Assembly: GCA_045116295.1 (NCBI GenBank)
Contig: JBGULQ010000008.1
Span: 13,147-77,146 of the forward strand
DNA from: Alphaproteobacteria bacterium
Lineage (GTDB): Bacteria; Pseudomonadota; Alphaproteobacteria; RF32; CAG-239
Direction of reading: 5' to 3'
Length of the DNA stretch: 64,000 bases
In this document: piece by piece, positions 54,066 to 62,384 of the stretch
How the letters are laid out: every line of letters starts with the position of its first letter
How positions within the stretch are numbered: position 1 is the stretch's first letter
Made by a program: the position numbers and the translations under genes
The notes under the pieces: model-generated
The model's input: only the letters and a program-made list of their open reading frames with translations
Told to the model about the DNA's origin: nothing
Databases searched by the model: none

Positions 54066-55889
54066 CTATTTTATTTGGCTGCGATATAATGAAGAATATA
54101 CACCATCTTCTTTGGCAATGAGTTCTTCGTGCGTACCTTCTTCAACAATCTCACCATAGTTAACAACTACAATTCTATCAGCATTGCGAACCGTAGACAA
54201 ACGGTGAGCAATAATCAGTACGGTACGATCTTTCATAAGGTTATCGATAGCTTGTTGAACCACCGCTTCTGACTTGTTATCAAGGGCTGATGTAGCCTCG
54301 TCCAGAATGACAATTGGAGCGTTTTTGATAAAGGCGCGGGCGATAGCTATACGCTGTTTTTGACCGCCGGAGAGCAGAACACCGCGCTCACCGATTTGGG
54401 TATCAAGACCTTTCTCAAGGCTTGATATAAACTCCTCAAGGCAGGCTGATCTGACAGCATAGCTGATTTCTTCCTCTGTAGCGTCTTCTTTGCCAAGCAA
54501 AATATTGTCACGGATTGAACCATCAAACAAAAAATTGTCCTGAAATACAATGGCAATTTTATCGCGTAACGAGTTGAGATCGTATTGGCGAATATCAACA
54601 CCGTCAATTTGGACTTCTCCAGATTTGACATCATAAAATCGTGGCAGAAGATTTACTAATGTAGTTTTACCACCACCTGAATTGCCAACAAATGCAACAG
54701 TTTGCCCTACTTTGATTGACAAGTTGATGTTTTTAAGAACCGGTTTGTTTTTTACGTAAGAAAAAGATACGTTTTTGTAGTCAATTTGATCTTTAACGCC
54801 ATTCAACATTATAGGATTTGCGCAGTTATGGATAGATGGAACTCTTTCCAACAGCTCAAATATGCGTTCCATGGCCATTAAAGACATCTGGACATTGTTG
54901 TAGTTGTTACCGATTGATTTAATCGGATTGTAGAGCATGATTAAAGCGGTGATAAACGAAACAAAGTTTCCGGCTGTGATTTCATGATGGACAATCAGAT
55001 AGCTCCCTGTCCAGATTACCAACGCAATACCTAAAGATACAATAAAGTGCATCAGCGGTGACATCATACCGGTACGTTGAACCATTTTTATACCGAGTTT
55101 AAAAACCTGTTTTAGTGTATCATGAAAACGCTTGCGCTGATAATCATACAGATTATATGAGGTAATAATACGATTGCCGTTATATGTTTCGTTATAATGG
55201 CTCATAACCGCCGCACCGGAAAATATAGTCTTGTCCATAACCGATTTGATGCGCCTGCGTACAGTGGTCAGCGGATATAATGCTCCAAATAATATTGCTA
55301 CGGCAATTAATGCCAACTGCCACGAATTATAAAACAAAACAGCAATTAATGATACTGATGAGAAAACTCGGGTAGTAAATAATTTTAAATTGGCAAGCAG
55401 GCCGTTACATGCAGTATCAACATCGTGATTGTAGCGCATCATGACATTGCCGGAAGTAGTGGTATCAAAATAATGGGCATCGTTCAACATCAACTTGTCA
55501 AACAAATCCATTTTAACATCATTGGCAATTTTGCGCCCTACCCAAGTGTTGAGATACGTAGCAGCATAGTTAAGTGAGCTTTGCAAACAGCTGAATACAA
55601 TAATCAGCAACGGAATATAGTTGGCAACATTGGTTGATTTTTCAACCATAACCACATCCATGTATGGTTTGAGTGACCAAGCGATGACTGCGTCCATCGA
55701 ACCAATCGGAATAGTGATTAGAACCGAAATTAAAGCTCTAATCCAATATGGTTTGACATAAGGTAATATCTTGCGATAATTGACCACAAGATTAGTCGAC
55801 ATAATCTTTTGTATAAGTTTCTTAAACATTATTTTCTTCGCTAAAATTAACTTTGACGTGATATTAGCTGATTTTGTGTATTTTGCCAA
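54066..55889 (-). CDS. ABC exporter, fused permease and ATPase (MsbA-like)
   Basis: 607-aa ORF with 6 TM segments plus an NBD (GNSGGGKTTLVNLL, LSGGQKQRIAIARA, ILDEATSALD). The true start may be an internal Met around 55829. Confidence 0.85.
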   Translation of the reverse strand: MAKYTKSANITSKLILAKKIMFKKLIQKIMSTNLVVNYRKILPYVKPYWIRALISVLITIPIGSMDAVIAWSLKPYMDVVMVEKSTNVANYIPLLIIVFSCLQSSLNYAATYLNTWVGRKIANDVKMDLFDKLMLNDAHYFDTTTSGNVMMRYNHDVDTACNGLLANLKLFTTRVFSSVSLIAVLFYNSWQLALIAVAILFGALYPLTTVRRRIKSVMDKTIFSGAAVMSHYNETYNGNRIITSYNLYDYQRKRFHDTLKQVFKLGIKMVQRTGMMSPLMHFIVSLGIALVIWTGSYLIVHHEITAGNFVSFITALIMLYNPIKSIGNNYNNVQMSLMAMERIFELLERVPSIHNCANPIMLNGVKDQIDYKNVSFSYVKNKPVLKNINLSIKVGQTVAFVGNSGGGKTTLVNLLPRFYDVKSGEVQIDGVDIRQYDLNSLRDKIAIVFQDNFLFDGSIRDNILLGKEDATEEEISYAVRSACLEEFISSLEKGLDTQIGERGVLLSGGQKQRIAIARAFIKNAPIVILDEATSALDNKSEAVVQQAIDNLMKDRTVLIIAHRLSTVRNADRIVVVNYGEIVEEGTHEELIAKEDGVYSSLYRSQIK

Positions 55890-55903
55890 GTAGTTTTATT
55901 ATT

Positions 55904-56131
55904 TTATTTACAAAGCTCTAGCTCTTGGCGAAGTTTATCTATTCTGGCCAACCATTCCCAAAAACGTGTATGCCGACTATAATCAACATTTTCAAGCTCT
56001 TTAGCCACTTCAGGGCCTGCTGTAGGATAAGACGGACAAAAGTTATAATTTGTTTTGGCGCATGAGCTCAAGCAAAGCATCGCGCCCAGCATGGGGGCTA
56101 GAATATATGGCAGATTTTTTCTTTTCAACAT
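55904..56131 (-). CDS. o-spanin (Rz1-like outer-membrane lipoprotein)
   Basis: 75 aa. It has the lipobox LCLSS-C and is Pro-rich after the Cys. Its start is embedded in the 3' part of the i-spanin gene in another frame. Confidence 0.7.
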   Translation of the reverse strand: MLKRKNLPYILAPMLGAMLCLSSCAKTNYNFCPSYPTAGPEVAKELENVDYSRHTRFWEWLARIDKLRQELELCK

Positions 56132-56249
56132 ATTTGATGACCTCTACTTGTTTGGTTACAATTTCTGTGCGAGCATGAGAGCGTCCCAGTAAATATGAAA
56201 AAACAAATATTGTTATACAGATACCGAATATCAATGCTGTCTTTGCCAT
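56043..56249 (-). CDS. i-spanin (Rz-like)
   Basis: 68 aa with an N-terminal TM segment (ALIFGICITIFVFSYLL) and then a charged helical segment. It overlaps the o-spanin by 89 nt. Confidence 0.65.
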   Translation of the reverse strand: MAKTALIFGICITIFVFSYLLGRSHARTEIVTKQVEVIKYVEKKKSAIYSSPHAGRDALLELMRQNKL

Positions 56250-56250
56250 T

Positions 56251-56394
56251 TTACCAGAGTTCCTTTATGTTTATACCGACTGCAAACATTACGGCAATCA
56301 TTCCCCAAAGAAGCCAATATATTTTTCGGTGACGCAGTGCCATACGTATTATCCATTTCAAAAAACGATAACGGCAGTTTTTATGTTCTTCCAT
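56251..56394 (-). CDS. 47-aa single-TM lysis-cassette protein (not in the ORF track)
   Basis: My own translation is MEEHKNCRYRFLKWIIRMALRHRKIYWLLWGMIAVMFAVGINIKELW*. The ATG is preceded by an AGGAG RBS. Confidence 0.45.
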   Translation of the reverse strand: MEEHKNCRYRFLKWIIRMALRHRKIYWLLWGMIAVMFAVGINIKELW

Positions 56395-56406
56395 TTAGAT
56401 CTCCTA

Positions 56407-56847
56407 TTATTTGATGTCATTATAGAACAGATGATGGGTAGTTTCATAGCAAGGACTATGATGTTTTGCCCATATTGGAAATATGCTGCGGGTGTGATAA
56501 AAGGTTGCGTTATTGGTAAAATCTATAAGTCTTCCGCTAATGGCCTTATCTGCAATTTTTAGGCATAAACAAAATATTTTATCGTTTGAATTTAATTTGA
56601 GAATTTTTGAAAAATTTGGATCGGTCTTGTTCCAACAGCTGAATTGGTATTTTTTCAGGCATGTTTGCTTGAGATCGGGTATTTTAATGCCGTCATCAAG
56701 ACGATAACCGGTAAACCATTTGCGGGCATTGAAGCGGTTCACAATCACACAGGCAACCGCTTCCATACCTTCAATACCATCGCCCCGCGCCTCTCCCCAT
56801 AGTGTAGCGGCCATTATGTGCAAATCATCCCAATCATCAGGAGACAT
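56407..56847 (-). CDS. endolysin, SleB/CwlJ-type cell-wall hydrolase (Hydrolase_2)
   Basis: 146 aa with the AATLWGEARGDGIEGMEAVACVIVNR motif. Confidence 0.8.
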   Translation of the reverse strand: MSPDDWDDLHIMAATLWGEARGDGIEGMEAVACVIVNRFNARKWFTGYRLDDGIKIPDLKQTCLKKYQFSCWNKTDPNFSKILKLNSNDKIFCLCLKIADKAISGRLIDFTNNATFYHTRSIFPIWAKHHSPCYETTHHLFYNDIK

Positions 56848-57121
56848 TTTTGCCTCCTTTATGTTTGCAATTTAACAAAAGATCAAGTTTGGTTTCAAAA
56901 CTATCAAATTTGCTTTCAAGTTTTGCCAACATTATGTTTTGCTGATTTTGCATCATGATTGCCGAGGCTGTTTCTTTATCAGCTTTATCTATGCGTTGCA
57001 GCACACCTTCCATGCGTTCTTCCAGACGGCCTTTCCAAGACCCGAGTTTAACCAAATTCCACAACATGCCGGCTAAGGCAGCTATACCGGATATTCCGCC
57101 GATTGTGTTAATAAAATCCAT
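56837..57121 (-). CDS. holin-like protein (1 TM plus coiled coil)
   Basis: The ATG at 57121 follows GGAGGTGAT. The product is 94 aa with MDFINTIGGISGIAALAGMLWNLV at its start. Confidence 0.5.
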   Translation of the reverse strand: MDFINTIGGISGIAALAGMLWNLVKLGSWKGRLEERMEGVLQRIDKADKETASAIMMQNQQNIMLAKLESKFDSFETKLDLLLNCKHKGGKNVS

Positions 57122-57160
57122 TATCACCTCCATAAAAAAAGGGGCAGAAACTGCCCCCTG

Positions 57161-57850
57161 TTAAAAACCAATTGCTAACCAAAACCACTTACCCAAGTCA
57201 CCACTGCCAAGAGTAAAACCTGTTAGAGAATGAGTAATTACAGAGGCTATGGAAAAGTTTGATGGAGCAAGCGCATCAACTATGTGCGTCAGTGATATTG
57301 AATAGGATGTAGTTTCAAACGGAATCTCATATGTGCAAGTTGTTCCAGAGCTATCATCAAGTTCAATAATTCCCCATTGTATTGTCAAACCACCGGAATA
57401 CTTGACATGATTTGTACCTTGACTAACAATGTTGCCACCGTTAACAAAGGCTGTAGTGGCAACATTGGGAGATAAATCGTTAAGCGAGGGAGTTACGGCT
57501 TGTAATGATCCTTCAAATATCTTATCTCCGCTTATAGTTTGTTCGGTGTCAGTTGTGACATAAGTCTGTTCATATTCGGCAATAGTATTATTTATGTCAT
57601 TGATGCCTGCTTGTGTAGCATTATTAATAGATGTAATTGATTGAGTAGTTTCAATGTCAATAACTTGTTTTTGGTCATTTACATAGTCAGCAAGATCCGG
57701 TTTAGATACCGCAGCAACATAATTGTCAATATCGTCTCGTCCATATTTAACGTATTGGATATCTGCGGAAGTGTTTAAGGCCGCTTCATCCTGAAAGTAA
57801 ACATCAAAATCTTTTGAAGCGTAGTTTTCAAAAATATTAAGTTCGGTCAT
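57161..57850 (-). CDS. phage tail fibre protein
   Basis: The ATG at 57850 follows AAGGAG. The product is 229 aa with the ISGDKIFEGSLQAVTPSLNDLSPNVATTAFV fibre motif. Confidence 0.7.
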   Translation of the reverse strand: MTELNIFENYASKDFDVYFQDEAALNTSADIQYVKYGRDDIDNYVAAVSKPDLADYVNDQKQVIDIETTQSITSINNATQAGINDINNTIAEYEQTYVTTDTEQTISGDKIFEGSLQAVTPSLNDLSPNVATTAFVNGGNIVSQGTNHVKYSGGLTIQWGIIELDDSSGTTCTYEIPFETTSYSISLTHIVDALAPSNFSIASVITHSLTGFTLGSGDLGKWFWLAIGF

Positions 57851-57851
57851 T

Positions 57852-58199
57852 TTACACTCCTTCAGTAATTTGGAATATTGCATTTTGACTTATATCCTGC
57901 GGAAAGACGGTATGCACATTGCCACTGGCAAAAATAATTTTTATGTTGGCTTCATAAGAACCAACTGCAAGGCGTGAATGTTGCGGAGTAATTTTGATTA
58001 AGGCCTGACCATTGCCGGCATCAATGATGTCTCCTGCAATGTGCAGAACAGTGGTTTCGTCTTGGTCTTTGACATCAAGATATATGTTTGCACCGGATAT
58101 ATCCATTACTGATCCGTCTTTATGTTTGAAACGCATGGCAATATCAAAGCTATCGCCTTGTCTAACCAAAATTCCGTTTGGTGTCATTGTTCCTGTCAT
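57852..58199 (-). CDS. small Ig-like (BppU_N-like) virion protein
   Basis: The ATG at 58199 follows AGGAG. The product is 115 aa with GILVRQGDSFDIAMRF...YEANIKI beta-sandwich-like periodicity. Confidence 0.45.
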   Translation of the reverse strand: MTGTMTPNGILVRQGDSFDIAMRFKHKDGSVMDISGANIYLDVKDQDETTVLHIAGDIIDAGNGQALIKITPQHSRLAVGSYEANIKIIFASGNVHTVFPQDISQNAIFQITEGV

Positions 58200-58203
58200 G
58201 GCA

Positions 58204-59109
58204 TTACTCCTTGTTTGGCATTTGGCAGGCAAGGTCATATCTCAGTAGGAGGTATCCGTCTGCATCTTCATAGACTGCTTCAGGAATTATTTTAAGAACA
58301 TCTTGTGCCAGTAACCCAATTTGCGGAGTTGTACTTCCCTTGAAATTGAAACAATAAACCGTTAGCCCATTGTCAAGTTTTCCGACCGGTTTAATGTTTT
58401 CTTTTAATCTTACATCTGAAAACAACATAAGACCGACCTGAGCGGCAGTACCAAGTGCGTCTCTTCCTGCTTGAATACGTGCATCAGTGTTACTCTGTTT
58501 GGCGGCTGCAATTCTACTATCTGCGCCATGTTGAATATTGTAGATATTCATAGCATTATCATAGCCTGAATGTCCAAGCTGCAACTGTGAAATAATCTGG
58601 CTTAAATAATTGTTCTTTGCATTGTTACCAAAATTGGCAACCAATGCATTGTTGTTTAAACTTTGATTGAAAGCGTTTTGACCGCTCAATACTGATTGAT
58701 AAGCTGCTTGATTATAAGCATTGTTTTGACTGTTTTGCAGATTACTCATTGCACGGTTATAGGCATCGCTACCAACTGTAATACCCTGATTTTGAAGGCG
58801 GGTTTCGAGGTCATTGGTTTGTTGAGCAAATTGCGGTCTGAGACGATCTGTATATGCCTGATAAGTCGCATTTTCGGCACGTTTGCGAGCCTCATCAGAA
58901 CCATCGATTTCGTATGTATAGTTATTCATATTGTTCATATTTTGGCTCATGTTATAGGCGTTGTTGAGCAAATTTTGAACAGTATTATCGTAATTTGTTG
59001 TGTTATAATTTTGCAAATAATTTAAGATGTTACTCTCTGATTTATATGGGGAAGTACTGGCATTGCCGGCACCCAATAGTTTTCCAACTGCTTTAAATCC
59101 GCTAGACAT
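58204..59109 (-). CDS. Q/N-rich virion protein with a C-terminal S74 intramolecular-chaperone (autoproteolytic) domain
   Basis: 301 aa. The C-terminus is FSDVRLKENIKPVGKLDNGLTVYCFNFKG...IGLLAQDV..IPEAV. Confidence 0.7.
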   Translation of the reverse strand: MSSGFKAVGKLLGAGNASTSPYKSESNILNYLQNYNTTNYDNTVQNLLNNAYNMSQNMNNMNNYTYEIDGSDEARKRAENATYQAYTDRLRPQFAQQTNDLETRLQNQGITVGSDAYNRAMSNLQNSQNNAYNQAAYQSVLSGQNAFNQSLNNNALVANFGNNAKNNYLSQIISQLQLGHSGYDNAMNIYNIQHGADSRIAAAKQSNTDARIQAGRDALGTAAQVGLMLFSDVRLKENIKPVGKLDNGLTVYCFNFKGSTTPQIGLLAQDVLKIIPEAVYEDADGYLLLRYDLACQMPNKE

Positions 59110-59566
59110 TTTTTTCTCCTGTTGATTGATGATTGATAAATTTACATTCTTTGGCCAACATGCCTAAAACAAGTGCATCTTGGTCATCTGAAAAATATTG
59201 ACGCATTTTGCCCTCAAGAACAAAACCACATCTGGTTGCTAATGAAATAGAGGCATGATTATCCGGACGTATAAGGGCATTGAGCCGACGACATTTTAGA
59301 ACATTGAATGCAATGCCAAAAATTTGTTTTAAGCAAATCTTTGAGCACCAATGTTTATCCGTGGTATATATACTGATCCATGCCGTATCATTTAACTGAT
59401 AATCGCTAAAAACAACTCCTCCGACAATTTTATTTTGGTGTATAATTGCAAAAGAATAGCCTTTTAACATTTCTTCCGGTGACAAACCTAAACCGAATGA
59501 TACATAACGCGCAATATATTCGCTTTGATCATATACCAATTTAGACAATGCCGGCTCCCTGTTCAA
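59102..59566 (-). CDS. GNAT (RimJ/RimL-like) N-acetyltransferase embedded in the tail module
   Basis: 154 aa with ..CRRLNALIRPDNHASISLATRCGFVLEGKMRQYF... It overlaps both neighbouring genes. Confidence 0.7.
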   Translation of the reverse strand: MNREPALSKLVYDQSEYIARYVSFGLGLSPEEMLKGYSFAIIHQNKIVGGVVFSDYQLNDTAWISIYTTDKHWCSKICLKQIFGIAFNVLKCRRLNALIRPDNHASISLATRCGFVLEGKMRQYFSDDQDALVLGMLAKECKFINHQSTGEKNV

Positions 59567-61088
59567 AACGAAAACCGGTATTATACCACTCTATAAGATT
59601 GCCCTTAGTTTTGGTCTTAAAAACTACTGATGCCTTAAAACCGGTTGCACTATTAGCAATCCATTGACTATGTGTGATACCTTTTAAGGTTGACCATTTG
59701 GTACCAATTTGATGTTCAAGACTACTCCATTTACTCTGATTCCATTTAGTGCCGTTATGATTACCCATGTTTTCGGAATATTCACGTTCACTGTCATCAA
59801 AATCCATATTGGCATATATATTCAAACTAAAAACCGCAGAACTTTTGGTTCGCGGATTTAACATTTGTATTTTTTTAAGATTGGGTGTACCAAGTGAACA
59901 ATAAGCTTGATGGACATTGCCGCAAATAGCAATTCCGTTATCAGAATGTCCTTCATCAAATAAAAATACACCGCCGTCAGAACCAAAGTATAGTCTTCCT
60001 TCATATAAACACCAACAAAAAGAATATATATTGGTAAATCTGCACCAAGCTCCGGAGCTCATGTTGATTACATGTTGCTCAAATTGTCCGCCGACAGGAA
60101 CATTGAATAAGACATATCCACCTCGTGGATATATAATACTCTGCCAACCGGATATATTTTTTCCGGTTTTGACACGAGATAAAACCAAACCACGAATTTT
60201 ATCACTGTATGCGGCTTTACCGGTTGAACTTTCTCCGAGAGGTAAAACAGATGAAAGAGGGACATAACCTTCTTCACAGATGACAATTATGTCGCCCTGA
60301 TATTGCATTGTACAGTGTCTTCCGATCGGACGGCTGATAAAATATTTGCCACGTAATGACCAGTTATCAGCGTTGCCGGGATTGGTACCGGAATAAACCA
60401 AAACCTCTCCTTCGGTAGTAATAAAAACAGTAAGGTCGTCAATACCCTGCCCGCCGTCCTGCGTCCAACTTGCTATGGCGGCAATGCTTCCACCACGGGT
60501 GACCAATGTTGATAAATCGACACTGCTCAGTACTCCCTCAACCTCTCCGACGCCTGATGAATACCAATATGTCAAAGAATCTTTTTCAATATAAAAAACA
60601 CGTTGTTTTGAGACTGTTAGATTACATAACTTTTTGATATCAAGTCCCTCTCCGGCAATGTCAGTATTTTTCCATGTCCAAACGTCTTCTTCATTTTTAT
60701 AGTAGGTTTGGGGAAAATCCATACCATTGACCAGAAGTAACCGATTTCGAAACTGAACATAGTTCCAATCATTATAATTTAAGTTATCTACATCTACCGT
60801 ATAGTTGCCAGATGTGATATCAATAATTTTTCCATTGGCGGCAGCAAATAGTCGACTATTTTGTGAAGAAGAAAAAGTAATCAAACTTTCGATTTTGAGT
60901 CCCAGTCCTTCCAATGCATACATTTTGTATCCGCCACGCAAACATACATTAGTTTCAGACGGATAATAATTATCCATGGTAATAGCATCGGTTTCAGACA
61001 TATTATCAAAACTGTCGCGGCAATTAAGTCCGCCTATCGGTGCCGGCAAAATATAGTTCTGCGATCGGCTAATTGCTCTGTTTAACAT
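59541..61088 (-). CDS. tail tubular protein B-like (T7 gp12-like nozzle), short form
   Basis: 515 aa. The N-terminus ..PIGGLNCRDSFDNMSETDAITMDNYYP.. resembles the T7 gp12 start (..KGGISQQPDILRYPDQG..). It occupies the position right after a gp11-like gene. Confidence 0.45.
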   Translation of the reverse strand: MLNRAISRSQNYILPAPIGGLNCRDSFDNMSETDAITMDNYYPSETNVCLRGGYKMYALEGLGLKIESLITFSSSQNSRLFAAANGKIIDITSGNYTVDVDNLNYNDWNYVQFRNRLLLVNGMDFPQTYYKNEEDVWTWKNTDIAGEGLDIKKLCNLTVSKQRVFYIEKDSLTYWYSSGVGEVEGVLSSVDLSTLVTRGGSIAAIASWTQDGGQGIDDLTVFITTEGEVLVYSGTNPGNADNWSLRGKYFISRPIGRHCTMQYQGDIIVICEEGYVPLSSVLPLGESSTGKAAYSDKIRGLVLSRVKTGKNISGWQSIIYPRGGYVLFNVPVGGQFEQHVINMSSGAWCRFTNIYSFCWCLYEGRLYFGSDGGVFLFDEGHSDNGIAICGNVHQAYCSLGTPNLKKIQMLNPRTKSSAVFSLNIYANMDFDDSEREYSENMGNHNGTKWNQSKWSSLEHQIGTKWSTLKGITHSQWIANSATGFKASVVFKTKTKGNLIEWYNTGFRFEQGAGIV

Positions 61089-61776
61089 ATGCTATTCCTC
61101 CGTCGGATATACTGTCGGTCATGCCTCCTAAACTTATATCTTTATTAGCTAATGTTGAGCCAAAACGTTTACGACATTCGGTTTCATACTCACGATATTC
61201 TTCATCATAAGCAATGCCGTTTCTAGCCTGAAGACGCCATCTGATTGCAAGTTTGACAAGATATTCATCAAAAACAGGAATATCCGTATCTTTGGTAATT
61301 TCTGTTTTTTCGGTGAACAGGCCATTTTCGTACGCGACAACAGAAGAACGATATTGAAAAACAATTTTTATTCCCTCAGGAGGCGGAGTTAAAAAACGAA
61401 ACATCGAATTTTGAATTTTAAATTTAATTGTATTATCATCGTTATGAAAATATTTTTCATGCTGCCATTGTTCGGGACGAATTGAACCAATAATTTTTTC
61501 ATTGCCGTCTTTTATATAGACCGTATTGTTTAATAACTGAAAAAAATCAGGGCAAAATGCTTTAATTAGATAATCAGTTTTATTTTTAGAGGTTATCAAT
61601 TCTCCGTCCTTGGTAAGCTCTTGCCAATCACCATAGCGCAACAGACCATTGAGCGCATCTTTAGCAATGCTCTGAAAAACGCGATTGTTTTGACTGCTTG
61701 TAGTAAATAAGCTTTGCGGTTCTTGGACGCAAGCCAAATTAGCTGCGTCTTGGCATATTTCGAGTATGTTTTTCAT
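61069..61776 (-). CDS. tail tubular protein A-like (T7 gp11-like adaptor)
   Basis: 235 aa. It shows similarity in layout to gp11: N-terminal ..ICQDAANLACVQEPQSL.. and C-terminal ..YLVKLAIRWRLQARNG..EEYREYETECRKRF. Confidence 0.4.
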   Translation of the reverse strand: MKNILEICQDAANLACVQEPQSLFTTSSQNNRVFQSIAKDALNGLLRYGDWQELTKDGELITSKNKTDYLIKAFCPDFFQLLNNTVYIKDGNEKIIGSIRPEQWQHEKYFHNDDNTIKFKIQNSMFRFLTPPPEGIKIVFQYRSSVVAYENGLFTEKTEITKDTDIPVFDEYLVKLAIRWRLQARNGIAYDEEYREYETECRKRFGSTLANKDISLGGMTDSISDGGIAYVKQSN

Positions 61777-62323
61777 TTTTGCTCCTTATTTTTTTTGATT
61801 GTTGCAAATTATCAACTTTCGTTTCTAACTCTTTGATACGTTGTTGGTATTCTTGTTCTTTTTTTTGCCACTCAACAAGAGAGAGATTGCCTTTGGCTTG
61901 TTCAACAAACTTAATTGCAAGTTCGCGTTCTTTGCTGACACCAAGCTCTTCTGCATGTGAAGCATCTAGTTTGGTTAAATGCTCAACAGTATAAATTCCA
62001 CGAACCTTAAGACCGGCAATTTCAGCTGCATCTAAAAATGCAAATTGCTCTAACGGAGTGCCATCTTCAACACATTTTTTAGCTTGTTTATATCGAGCAT
62101 ATTCATTGGGAAAACGCCTTATTTTATCTGGTGTTGCCGGCTGATTATAAACTTCGGAGCTGTTATCTTTTATGCGTATTTCACAAAAACAAACCAACTT
62201 AAATTTTGGCAACCCGTCTTTGGTAATTTGAGAAGTTTTTATTGCCTGATCATAAAAACGTGCAATTACCCCCTCCTCAGAGTTGCCGTTATGTATCACT
62301 TTTTCAAAAGTTGAAAAATCCAT
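61739..62323 (-). CDS. phage hypothetical protein (coiled-coil C-terminus)
   Basis: 194 aa. It lies between the capsid terminator and the gp11-like gene. Confidence 0.5.
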   Translation of the reverse strand: MDFSTFEKVIHNGNSEEGVIARFYDQAIKTSQITKDGLPKFKLVCFCEIRIKDNSSEVYNQPATPDKIRRFPNEYARYKQAKKCVEDGTPLEQFAFLDAAEIAGLKVRGIYTVEHLTKLDASHAEELGVSKERELAIKFVEQAKGNLSLVEWQKKEQEYQQRIKELETKVDNLQQSKKIRSKNEKHTRNMPRRS

Positions 62324-62335
62324 TACTGTCTCCTT

Positions 62336-62368
62336 TATAAAAAAGCGGCGTCATTACTGACGCCGCTC
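62336..62368 (-). terminator. intrinsic terminator immediately after the major capsid gene
   Basis: The minus strand reads GCGGCGTCA-GTAA-TGACGCCGC-TTTTTTATAAAGGAGACAGTAATG. Confidence 0.8.
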
Positions 62369-62384
62369 ATTTTTGTTTTATTGA

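Noticed and set aside
54066-55889. The idea that the ABC exporter near the island is a dedicated bacteriocin exporter.
   Set aside because: It has no N-terminal C39 peptidase domain. It has the standard MsbA-like length and motifs. It is separated from the island by the tRNA and a U32 gene.
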